Below, in pieces: positions 24,751-35,735 of a DNA stretch of 64,000 nucleotides. How positions within the stretch are numbered: position 1 is the first letter of the stretch; each line of letters begins with the position of its first letter. Made by a program: the position numbers and the translations under genes. The notes beneath the pieces are model-generated. The model did no database searches. It saw only the letters and a list, made by a program, of their open reading frames with translations, and had not been told where the DNA came from. Source of the stretch: Macrostomum hystrix (lineage: Eukaryota; Animalia; Platyhelminthes); NCBI GenBank assembly GCA_950097015.1, contig CATNEN010000038.1, positions 11,470,001-11,534,000 on the forward strand. The letters are read 5' to 3'.

Positions 24751-25104
24751 GAGGTGGAGAGAGAGGAAGTAGATTTACGAGTTGATGACACGGGCAACGA
24801 GTTGTATGATTGGTCCAGTTCTCAAACTGGCTCCTATTCTCTCATTGGCTGCCTAAGCGTTAAAGTCTCTTAGATCCTAACGCCTTATATTATTTTTTAA
24901 TATCCGCTTCACTATACCAGTTGGGCTCAACTTCTAAATCTTGGACTGTTGATTCCGTCATTACGAGCAAAACGCAACATGTAAGTTAAATAGAGAAACT
25001 TAAAATTTCAGTGATAATTTTTAGCAATAAAAGTTGGGGGTTTTCGTGAGAAGATTTTTTTCGGACTTAGCTCTGAATATTTCTTCATCATAGAATAATA
25101 TGCA

Positions 25105-25298
25105 CAAGAGCAAACTGGGGTTAGCTATCACGCGCGTAACGCGTGTCTCAAGGTCTCCGGCTTTTATTGGCCGAACGGTTTATGCCGTTATCTAAAAATA
25201 GTTTAAAAAACCCGTCAAGTGCCACCGTTCGGCCAATAAAAACCGGCGACCTTGAGACATGCGTTGACCACGTGATATATAACCCACGTTTGCTCCTG
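25105..25298. mobile_element. Foldback/MITE-like element with 75-bp imperfect inverted arms and a 44-bp spacer
   Basis: 25105-25179 is the reverse complement of 25224-25298 (e.g. TGTCTCAAGGTC.CCGG.TTTTATTGGCCGAACGGT). No clear TSD. Confidence 0.75.
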
Positions 25299-25766
25299 AC
25301 TCATTTATCCGACCTGTTTTATTTTTAGATCAGGCCAATAACAGAGATATTTGTTGTTTGCGTAGCGAAATTTCGACATTTAATTATACAAGTAATTATA
25401 ATCCTTAAAAGTAACAAAACGGGCAAATTTTTTTTTCGACATTAATCATTTTCGAGGCCAAGGACCAAGGAAAAAAGTCTGAAGGTCCTACACAATAATA
25501 AATATAAAGTTTTTTGCTTTCTAAAGCCACCAAATACGAAAATAACTATTCATACAGCATGGCAACCTTACTCAGAGCAAGCTACATCCCACAGGCCCAG
25601 CCCGTATAGAGCTAATTCGTCCATTTTGACGCTTTCTCTAACCCCGTTCACCCAGTCGCCAATGTCCCAGTTGATCTCCAGACTACATCCTGACACGCAA
25701 CCAGCTGAAATAGTCAGCTGAATAGTCAGCTGAAACAACCACCGAGAGAAAATCTCATCTACACTT

Positions 25767-25806
<40 letters not shown>

Positions 25807-26149
25807 TCCGCTACTGGCGGCTGCCAATATCCGATATGCTAATTGATTGATTGCCACGGCGCGACTTGCACTTGCTCCATTAAGAGCATAGAGGAAAGAG
25901 AGAGGCGACAGAAAGCAGTGCGCAGTCGATCAGCCAGCTCAGCCTCCGCTGGCAATTAGTTTGTGTTGCTGAATTTACTGGGTGGTTCTCACATTTGTAA
26001 TCCTGCTGGCACAATTAAATGCGGCAGTTAGTACACAAATAGAGATAAGTAGCTTGGGTGTTTGGGGATTAGGGTATATACTTTGTCGGGATTTGATATC
26101 TAGATGGGATTTTAGAACGACGAGCATACTTGGGATTCGAGAGCAAATT

Positions 26150-27680
26150 GAGACTAGTTTGGATTTGGGAGCTAGTTGGGATTTGGGAGCTATTTGGGAT
26201 TTGGGAGCTAGTTGGGATTTGGGAGTTAGTTGGGATTTGGGAGCTAGTTGGGATTTGGGAGCTATTTGGGATTTGGGAGCTAGTTGGGATTTGGGAGTTA
26301 GTTGGGATTTGAGAACTTGTTGGGATTTGGTAGCTAGTTGGGATTTGAGAACTTGTTGGGATTTGGGAGCTAGTTGGGATTTGGGAGTTAGTTGGGATTT
26401 GGGAGTTAGTTGGGATTTAGGAGTTAGTTGGGATTTGGGAGCTAGTTGGGATTTGGGAGCTAGTTGGGATTTGGGAACTTGTTGGGATTTGGGAGCTATT
26501 TGGGATTTGGGAGCTAGTTGGGATTTGGGAGTTAGTTGGGATTTGGGAGTTAGTTGGGATTTGGGAGCTAGTTGGGATTTGGGAACTTGTTAGGATTTGG
26601 GAGCTATTTGGGATTTGGGAACTTGTTGAGATTTGGGAACTTTTTGGGATTTGGGAGCTTGTTGGGATTTGGGAGTTAGTTGGGATTTGGGAGCTAGTTG
26701 GGATTTGGGAGTTAGTTGGGATTTGGGAGCTTGTTGGGATTTTGGAGCTAGTTTGGGATTTGGGATTTTTGAGCTAGTTTGGGATTTGGGAGTTAGTTGG
26801 GATTTGGGAGTTTGTTGGGATTTGGGAGCTAGTTGGGATTTGGGAGCTAGTTGGGATTTGGGAGCTAGTTGGGATTTGGGAGTTAGTTGGGATTTGGGAG
26901 CTAGTTGGGATTTGGGAGCTAGTTGGGATTTGGGAGCTAGTTGGGATTTGGGAGTTAGTTGGGATTTGGGAGCTAGTTGGGATTTGGGAGCTAGTTGGGA
27001 TTTTGGAGCTAGTTTGGGATTTGGGATTTTGGAGCTAGTTTGGGATTTGGGAGTTAGTTGGGATTTGGGAGCTATTCGGGATTTGGGAGCTTGTTGGGAT
27101 TTGGGAACTTGTTGGGATTTGGGAACTTGTTAGGATTTGGGAACTTGTTGGGATTTGGGAACTTGTTGGGATTTGGGAGCTAGTTGGGATTTTGGAGCTA
27201 GTTTGGGATTTGGGAGTTAGTTGGGATTTGGGAGTTAGTTGGGATTTGGGAGCTATTCGGGATTTGGGAGCTTGTTGGGATTTGGGAACTTGTTGCGATT
27301 TGGGAGCTAGTTGGGATTAGGGAGTTAGTTGGGATTTGGGAGCTTGTTGGGATTTGGGAGCTAGTTGGGATTTGGGAGCTAGTTGGGATTTGGGAGCTAG
27401 TTGGGATTTGGGAGTTAGTTGGGATTTGGGAGCTAGTTGGGATTTGGGAGCTAGTTGGGATTTTGGAGCTAGTTTGGGATTTGGGATTTTGGAGCTAGTT
27501 TGGGATTTGGGATTTTGGAGCTAGTTTGGGATTTGGGATTTGGGAGCTAGTTGGGATTTGGGAGCTTGTTGGGATTTGCGGATCAGCTATAGTTAGGATT
27601 TAGAAGCTTGTTGGGATTGGTGAGCTATTTGGGATTTGGGATTTTGGAGCTAGTTGGGGATTTGGGAGCTAGCTGGGATT
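26150..27680. repeat. 18 bp G/T-rich minisatellite (GGGATTTGGGAGCTAGTT), ~85 copies
   Basis: Tandem array with degenerate edges. Confidence 0.97.
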
Positions 27681-28227
27681 TTGGAGAAAATTTTGGAGAA
27701 AAACTCGCCTTATTCAATCAGAAGTCCGTCTGGTACTGTCAAAGTGTGCTTATGCCACAGTCTTGCATCCTGGAGTCAATAGAGATAATTTTTCGTTTAT
27801 TTTTGTCATGCAAGTCGCCAGCTGAAGGCTCGGCTAAGGATGGTTCGGCTAAACCTGCTGGGCAGTTAAAAATTGAACAATAAGCTTTATTTGAAATAAG
27901 AAGGACAAAACCTGATAAAAAGGCCCAGTCGCTCAACAGTCACGTATTCGTCAGATCAATTGAAATGCCCCTTTTTATTTGAAAGCAATTGGATTGTGCT
28001 TCTAGGCTAAAGTCAAGAGCTTCTGTAGCCTTAGGCCTCGATCGTTGCTCAGAGTTGAGTTCGCAGGAACTCGCAAACATTGAGTTCGATGGATCACACA
28101 AACTGATGAATGGTTAATGAAAATTGAGTTGCTAGTTCCAGAGTTACAAAAAGTGCACAATCCATTTGCCAAACACTCGGGCATTACTGAATTTATCCTC
28201 AATTAAACCTGTACCTGTTCAGTCGTC

Positions 28228-29689
28228 ATGAACAACAGTGGCAGCAGCAACTGCAGCAGCGACTCCGGTTGGCAGAACCTCAGTCCCGTGGATCTCGCAC
28301 TGATCGTCGTCACGCCGTGCCTCGTTGTTCTCGGCGTGGCAGCCAACTCAATCAACATCGTGGTGCTGACTCGCAAGTGGATGGCCTCGTCCACTAATAA
28401 CTACCTGACAGCGCTGGCTGCCGCTGACACCGCCTACCTCATCGTGTTCTACACCATAACCGTTAAATTCTACCCAGGCGTCCTTAGCAACGCATGGTTC
28501 GCGCACGCGCTCAGCTACCTGTTCCCGTTGGCCAACCTGCTGAGCAACTATGCCACCTGGCTCACTTGCCTGTTCACATTTGAGCGCTGGCTTGTTATCT
28601 ACAAGCCGATGCTGGGCCGGAGACACTGCACGAAGGAGCGGGCAAAGCACCTCATCTGTGGTCTGTTCGCTGCCACGGCCCTGTTCACTGTGCCAAACTT
28701 CTTCGAGTACCAGGCGGTGTCAAAGGAGGTGGACTGTGGCAACTACACGCAGACAGTGCACGGCATTGGCAAGACTGAGGCCTACAGTCTAATGAAATCG
28801 CTGGGCTATTACCAACTGTTCGTCAGCATCTTCGTCTTCGGGCCGCTACTATTTCTGATTGTATTTAACAGCCTGCTCATTCGCAGCGTCTTCTTGGCCA
28901 GGCGTCGTCGAACCGCCATGAGCAACGGCGAGGAATGCGTCAGCGGTGGGGACGCAACGGCCGCCGCCTGTTCCGTACCAATGCAGAGTCAGTCCTCGCC
29001 AGCTTTGGCTAAAGGGTCCACTGGTCGACAGCCGCAGTCGAGCTCAAAGGTCAGTGAGGGTTTGTTTTCGGGGTACAGTATGGAACAAACTGTAATTAGT
29101 AGGTGCGTTGCGTGGGATTTTGTAAAGAATTGTTATGAAAAGAAAAAACTCCTGATTTGACTCGCAGCAACAGCGCAAAGCGCAAAAGTCGTCAAACGAG
29201 CAGCAGAAGGTCACTGTCATGCTGATCGCAGTGGTTCTGCTGTTCTGCCTGTGTCAGCTGCCCTCAGCTGTGGTCACTCTGCGCAAAGCGATGCAATCAG
29301 AGAGTTCAGCAGCGCCTGGCAACAGTCGCTCGTTGGCTTCGAGACTGCTCAACTCGCTGGTGAACATTCTCCTTCTGCTGAATGCCGCATGCAATTTCGT
29401 CCTCTACTCCTGCTTCTCGACCCGATTTCGTGACACCTTCCGGCGTGTCTTTCTCAACTGCGACAGCCGAGGCCCCGGTGGTGGTGGAGCGACTGGCGGG
29501 GTGGCTGCCACCAGGAGTTGCGCAATAACTGCGGTTCGCAGCGTGGATCCGTCGCCAGCTGGCAGTCCGTACGCCAGTCAGCAGCTGCGCCTGCAACATC
29601 AGACGTTGATTGACATTGCTGTTGCCACCTCGCCGAGTTGTCGTCGGTATCTGAGCGTTCCGCTGGCTGACGAGTCAGACGCAGAATAG
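28228..29689 (+). CDS. Class A neuropeptide-type GPCR (FMRFamide-receptor-like), ~447 aa; exons 28228-29049 and 29168-29689
   Basis: Seven hydrophobic segments. Motifs GVAANSINIVVLTRK.M.SSTN.YL.ALA.AD, W.T..FTFERW, VTVMLIAVV.LF.LCQLP and NAACNFVLY..FS.RFR. Phase-0 GT-AG intron in ICL3. Confidence 0.93.
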
Positions 29690-30339
29690 GACTAACCATA
29701 GACATCACTCGGTGTTCGTTCGGTGCTTTTCTAAGCACTTTTTCTTGATTTGACAGGTTTGATTTAAAACGTTTTTGATTTTTTATACTCGTAAGACTTG
29801 GCTCTGACTTTCTGTGTTTCGAAATGTCTTACGCAGCTGCTCTAACTCTAGGCTTACTTAGGTGTGTTGTGGCTTTAATTTTGTTTTCAGTTTTGTTTGC
29901 AAAGCGTTTGGGAATCTAAAAAGTACTTTATACAAGCGGACATTCTTGAGACCCGGAGTTTTTTATGTGCGATATCTGTAGTCATCGTCTTTTCGGTGTC
30001 ATTTCAATTTTCTTTGTTTGAAACCACTTAATTCAGTTGAAGGCTTTTCAGTGAAACACAATCCTATCAATGTCGTCCGAGATTTTCAAGAAAATAGGAA
30101 ATTTGCATTAAATTTGCATCTCATTTTTTGTCATCAGATGTCACAAGACCCATTTCGATTGCAAAGCGTCTTACAGTTAGTTTGAATGCTTAAGAAGCAT
30201 CACATTATAAACTCGTATAAATGTATAAATGTACAAAGTTTAGGCGTTTTATAAGATATTTTAAAACTTATTTTCTTCGTAACCAGAAGTGAAACAATCT
30301 GTTTAATTCGACTTTCAAGTACAGAAATTAATTATGACA

Positions 30340-30645
30340 CTAATAATGATAATAATTGCCGAAGAACTGCGGGAAATGGCACATCATTTGGCTGATGCCC
30401 AGCAGCCAGCGAGGTGGTAATTCTGCCCATTTAGCTGACTCCTGAGAACACACGCACACTGTAGAAAAACGCGACCGTACCCAGGCACAAGCTCACACAG
30501 GTCGGCCCTCAAGGGCGAACGACAAGCCTCCAAGCCTTCTCTCCGCGGCTGCGCCTCAAATGAATGTGGCCTCGCCTTGGAATCGAGCTCAGGGACCTTG
30601 GTGCGAGAGGCAAACGCGTTAGACCGCTCTCCCACTCACCCCCAA
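30340..30645 (-). mobile_element. SINE family B with internal deletion
   Basis: Head and 3' tail match the other family-B copies. Confidence 0.85.
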
Positions 30646-31028
30646 AGACTATTACTAAGAGTAGCAGAAGTTGAAATGTTTGAAATGTACAGAATAAAAA
30701 GCAAGGCTAGTGAACGCAATATTTCGCTATTAATGTAATTAAGATCAACTCATGACACGTAATCACGAGTTTAGTGGTTTTCAACAAGCAATGCAAAAGC
30801 TTCATTTGGCATGCGTTAAGTGCAAGTAGAGTTACAATCGGAAATCATTTCTAACTGACAAGTGCAACTAAAATACTGCATTTTTGCTTTTCTAACATGC
30901 ATCCCAGCTTGCAAGCTCGCAAATTGGTAACTTAATTTCAACGAGAAACGTAAATCACAACTTGTAATATATCGTAAAAAATTCCCCCTAGACTAAAAAC
31001 ATACATCTGGTACAAGTTCAACTACTGG

Positions 31029-32198
31029 TTAGCCCACATTGGCCGTCCTAATCTGCAGCCGCATCTGCGGGTCGATGTAGACCTCCCGAAGCTGCCTGGA
31101 CAGCGTGTTGTGCTCGCACATCCATTCGCCCGGACTGCGCTCATACCGCAAACGCCTCTCCGACAGGGCTGACATCCTGTAGAAGGACACGGCCTGGAAG
31201 CAGCTCTCAACTTTCACTGGTGGCAGGCTGGACGGAGCAATGCGAAGCGACTTGTCGTAGCTCACAACCGGGTACTTTGTGTCCTCACCGAAGCGCTTGT
31301 TGCTGTGGAAGCTCAGAGTGCAGGGGTCGTAGATCTGACCGCTTGGCTGCTTGGAGTGGGCGCAGAGCTGCTGCAGCTGGGGCTTCGCCGAGAAGTAATA
31401 GGCGCCCTGAGCGATGTTGTCGAGGTCCCACTCCTTCCAGGTGATGTCCGGATCGATAATCAGCAGCAGTGAAGCCTTGTCCGCCAGGTGGTTGTAGATG
31501 AAGTCCAGGTACTGATTGCGGAGTGCGGACATGACAAGGCCGCGCTCCACTTCCTCTTCGAAGCTTCGTCTCATATTGGAGCCCGGAACGTGCTGGCGCC
31601 CGCTGCTGTAGCGAATGTTGAGGCTGCAGTTGAGCGGCGAGTTCACGCGACCGCAGCCCAGCAACATGACTGTGTTGTCCTTCAGTGTCTGTTTGTACAG
31701 GTAGCTGCGCGTGCGATCGGTCGACTCGTTCTCGACCAGCACCAGCCAGGAGGCGTTGAACAGCGCTCGCAATCGACGGACATTGTGCAGGGTGCTGGGC
31801 AGGCCGGCCATGCCACTGCGCACAGTTCCGGCCACCACCACGGACTGGCTTCGAAGCCACGACCTCCCGGCCGCCACGCGATAGGCGCGACTCTCCTCGA
31901 CTCTGGAGAGCCGCATCAGCGGCAGCAGCCGTCCAGGTCTGTCGAAGTAGTACAGCGACTCGTTGAGGCCGTCCAGCATTCGCTGGTACTGCTCCTGGAA
32001 GTCGTCATAGAGCTTTTCCGTCGAAGAAGCGGCAACTTTGCTGGGTTGGCTAGTCCAAATTCTGGACTCGTAATCGGAGAATGGATAAACGGTAGTGAAG
32101 TGAGTTCTTAGCATGCCGAACAGCAAGCAGGTCAGCGTTGCACCTGCTGCCATTCCAGCCATGAGGTGTAAGCAGCTGCTGCTTCTCGCCCTAGTCAT
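31029..32198 (-). CDS. Intronless type II membrane glycosyltransferase-like protein (GT-A fold, CAP59/GT69-like motif pattern), 389 aa, paralog 1
   Basis: N-terminal signal anchor; VVVAGTVR, LVLVENESTDRT, MSALRNQYL, IIDPD (DxD), VKVESCF and CEH motifs; strong GC3 bias. Confidence 0.8.
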   Translation of the reverse strand: MTRARSSSCLHLMAGMAAGATLTCLLFGMLRTHFTTVYPFSDYESRIWTSQPSKVAASSTEKLYDDFQEQYQRMLDGLNESLYYFDRPGRLLPLMRLSRVEESRAYRVAAGRSWLRSQSVVVAGTVRSGMAGLPSTLHNVRRLRALFNASWLVLVENESTDRTRSYLYKQTLKDNTVMLLGCGRVNSPLNCSLNIRYSSGRQHVPGSNMRRSFEEEVERGLVMSALRNQYLDFIYNHLADKASLLLIIDPDITWKEWDLDNIAQGAYYFSAKPQLQQLCAHSKQPSGQIYDPCTLSFHSNKRFGEDTKYPVVSYDKSLRIAPSSLPPVKVESCFQAVSFYRMSALSERRLRYERSPGEWMCEHNTLSRQLREVYIDPQMRLQIRTANVG

Positions 32199-32859
32199 AC
32201 CTTGCGGCTCTAGCTTGCTCGCGTTCTCTCGTCTTCAGCTTGTTGCTCAGCTTCACGTGCCAGTTAGGCAAGCGAAACTTCAAATACAATTGTTGTCCAC
32301 TGTACTGAGTCGTCCGCCATCCGTTGTACTGTGTCTGCCCTCTTCCCTATTTGCCTCATTCATTTCCTTCACCTCTAGCATAGTTCTCCCATCAGCATAG
32401 TCAGCAGTGTTGAGCCAAGTGTAGGGCGCATCAGCCTAGAGGCTCGCTTTCTGATTGGCTGACTGCTCCCTCAGACTGGGGCAGAGATATTGCTTCCAGC
32501 TTTTTGACTGAGAATAAAAAACTCATTCAGGCCTTTCTAGGCCTTGACACACACACTCTGAAAGGCACGGAGTACGTGTATGACTGCCCTGAGCAAGAAG
32601 AATGGATGACTGAAGAAGATTAGAAATTCCCAAAGCAGCTTTGACGGTTGCTGGGGCAGCTCTCCTGTATTTTTGAGACAGTGAATGCGATCAGCCGAAG
32701 TCGAGGATGATGAGATAAACAGAGCTAAAATTAGCTGGAAAATCTGATCGAATCAAACAAGCATCTCGTCATTGATCTAAAATGCGATTTTAGGAATCAC
32801 ATGAGGGTCGATTGTAAATGGGTTTAAATTTCACTGGCTCATACGCTTCGCGTTTATAA

Positions 32860-33141
32860 GAATTATAATTGATTACACCTGCCCCAATCGGGCCGAGTGT
32901 GCAGCAGACAGCACAGCCGCAGCTATTGCGCGGCTCATCTGAAAGCTGGTCAGTCCATGGACTGGGGGGACGCCACACCCACCCTAAATTAAATGCTGGT
33001 ACCCATTTAACAGCTGGGTGATCTGAAGCAATGCACAGTTAAGTGTCGTACTAAAGGACACAAATTGTTACAGTCGAGTCAGGAATCGAACCCCCGACCT
33101 TTAAGTCGTGAGTCTGACGCTCTAACCACTAGGCTACAACC
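32860..33141 (-). mobile_element. SINE family A, full length
   Basis: Reverse complement of the 5310 element from head (GGTTGTAGCCTAGTGGTTAGAGCG) to tail. Confidence 0.92.
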
Positions 33142-33537
33142 AATGGTGATGGACGGGTCTTTTTACGTCACCATTCATCTGTAGTGCATGTGTAACTTAT
33201 ATATATATACAGGTACAAAATGCAATTTCTAAACAACCGCTCACTTACAAGTTATTTTTGGTGCTCTAAATTGGTACACCAAATTTTCCTTCGTCAGAAA
33301 AATCTCTTTGATTTGGACCTCGGTAAGCAGAATTTAAGCTGTAGCACTTTTTTGGTTCTTGGAATTCTGTGATTTCTTATAATTTCATGCTGTTCAATGG
33401 TTTGTAACGAGTTTCAATATGTTTTATATTGTGCTTTTAATCAATGAACAACGTGTGTATTTAGGTGGAATTTTTAGGAGGCGCACTAAAAGTCAGCAGA
33501 CAGAGATTTGTTGCTATGCATGAGTGCTTACGACTGC

Positions 33538-34551
33538 TCAAATGCGCGAATCCTTCAGAAACACGCCAGACTGGTCAAGCACAGCTTTCGGTGTCACCTG
33601 GTCGGGCAGAATGTCAAAGGCGAATGGCGTCCAGTTTAGATTGTTAAACAGATGCAGTGACAATAGGAACATGGCTATCATGAACACGAAAGACAGTATG
33701 TAGTACTGGTGCAACTCCAATGGGAAGGACTCAATGTAGCTGAGAGCTGGCAGCACGGTCATGCCAAACTCCAGCAGCACTCGGCGCTCACTTTTGACGA
33801 CGACAAGATTGCGCATCTCCAGACTCCAGACGCCATTGGCTAACTCAATCGAGCCATTCAAAGCCAGATGGCAGTCGGTGATGCGCCTACAGTGAGTTGC
33901 AACCTCGCCTTCGTGGTACCAGGCGATGCCCCACTCCTCCTGGCGCATCCGGAGAGCGTTCATGGTGTCAGAGACTGGCTCAAGCCAAGACGAAGTGTTC
34001 ACTGTGAACGTGTCGCCTGAGCTCAGAGTGAATTGCCGCAGAGTGTCGATCCGTACCACAAACATGCAGAGCGCAATCCGAGGCCCAATCAGCATCTTGT
34101 CTAGCATAACTCTGGTGTCGTTCTCCTCGGTCGGCAAGGTCAGTTCAAGCAGTTTGGCAAGCGAGAGGGTATTGGTGTATGCAGCGTACAGACCCCCGTC
34201 GCGTTCGTTCACATTCTCCATGACTAGGCGGCCGTTGTCCTCCAGTAGGCTCACCCGGCCAGTGGGGCCCTCATCCATGATCAGCCGGTCATGCAGGCGC
34301 CACTCGATGTCCATCGACAGTCGAATCTTCTTCATGTGGCTCATGCCAAGACAGTCCAGGCTGAGCGAGTCGCCAGATGTCAGGCTGAACGAACTGATGC
34401 CCGGCTGCAGAAAGCCCAGGAAGCGAACCCACTCTGCGATCGATTCTTTGACGCCTTTTTGCGACTCAACAACCGCGACTTGCCACGACAGGCAAGCGAA
34501 AAGCAGCCAGATGAGCAGTCCGTTTGACGAGCTAAAATTGCTAATTCGCAT
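33538..34551 (-). CDS. Type I membrane protein with signal peptide, Ig-like ectodomain, C-terminal TM helix and short tail, 337 aa, single coding exon
   Basis: Hydrophobic N-terminus; GDSLSLDC..IEWR..GRVSL...GRLVMENV..RDGGLY Ig pattern; a second SGDTFTV..IAWYH..GVWSL repeat; TM YYILSFVFMIAMFLLSLHLF; polypyrimidine/CAG acceptor just upstream of the ATG. Confidence 0.8.
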   Translation of the reverse strand: MRISNFSSSNGLLIWLLFACLSWQVAVVESQKGVKESIAEWVRFLGFLQPGISSFSLTSGDSLSLDCLGMSHMKKIRLSMDIEWRLHDRLIMDEGPTGRVSLLEDNGRLVMENVNERDGGLYAAYTNTLSLAKLLELTLPTEENDTRVMLDKMLIGPRIALCMFVVRIDTLRQFTLSSGDTFTVNTSSWLEPVSDTMNALRMRQEEWGIAWYHEGEVATHCRRITDCHLALNGSIELANGVWSLEMRNLVVVKSERRVLLEFGMTVLPALSYIESFPLELHQYYILSFVFMIAMFLLSLHLFNNLNWTPFAFDILPDQVTPKAVLDQSGVFLKDSRI

Positions 34552-34721
34552 AGTTGTTTCACCTGTCTGTGAGAAAGAAAAGACTATTCATCGGGTGTCC
34601 CGGATGTTCGCACTTGTGTAAGTTGTTACGATTTAAACGTATTTATAATCTCTCTTTACCATAGACATAACTCGAGTGCCAACACTTAAATTTATTGTCA
34701 GAGCAAACATGAGAAATTCAA

Positions 34722-35221
34722 TATTGCTTTTGTCGCGCTATGTGGAACAGTGGACATGCAAAACGGAACGGCCCATTGAATTCACCAGAAGGAGTGACAC
34801 TTGAGCAGTGGAGATTCATGCTACTTGAAGCTGTTGGTCAAGCAGTCACTGCTGACAAGTGCGCTGGCTGGGAGCTGCGCTGCAATCGATTGTTTCGATT
34901 GTGTTTGCAGCGACATCTGTTTTAGGGGTTCAAACTTTGTAACTGATGCTTCAATTTCAGACTTATAATAAGATTCACTTGAATGCAATTCTGCTTCTGC
35001 TTGCTTTTATTCTTTCTGCAAATAAAAGCTAAAATCGTTCCTTCTATTCTGGCTCATCGTTCTGAACATAGCATGACAATTTGAGAATGGATTTTGAGAA
35101 TGGATTTTGAGAATTGTCTATGGCTTACTTTCTCATGTGAATTCAAACGCTTGGTCATAGAATTCCATGGGCCGTTCCGTTTTGCATGTCCACTGTTCCA
35201 CATAGCGCGACAAAAGCAATA
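34722..35221. mobile_element. 500-bp MITE with 62-bp terminal inverted repeats
   Basis: 34722-34783 and the reverse complement of 35160-35221 match at 61/62 positions. The outer TA could be a TSD. Confidence 0.88.
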
Positions 35222-35735
35222 CTTTACCAATCAATCAATTAATTTATCGTAGAAAGACCACGCTATACACTCCCCTCCTGGTGAAAACCAAGAAGGCATA
35301 GCCGCAGATACTATATTACCGATTTGCATGAAAGTCCATCATGTAGATCAAATTTTTTTAAGCACTACGATGAACTGACTTTGAAAGTCATCCGACAAGG
35401 ACACCTAACATTCACTGTATCAACCTCTATAACGAATACTTATTAGTTTTCATTGAAAATTAGAAATTAATTTTCATTGATTCGTATATACACCTGACTA
35501 ATTAGTGTAAGAGCATTCACAAGACAAAAGAAACAAACAAAAGACATTGTAAATTATCTGTGGCCATTTTTTCAAGGTGCGCTGAAATCGCCTAAAAGAG
35601 AAAGAAAAAATGCACGCTGCTTTTTAGAGACAATGTGTCCACCGCAAGGACACCTTGACTTACTTGGCGTCGCATGGTGTGGAAATTAATTTAAACTCTA
35701 GACGTTAGAAAATCATAGGCAAAGGTAAACAAAAA

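Noticed and set aside
31285-32111. Alternative-frame and antisense ORFs over GC-rich exons (also 265-834, 33926-34621, 35847-36640, 47186-47828)
   Set aside because: Shadow ORFs caused by high GC3 in the real coding frame; no motifs.
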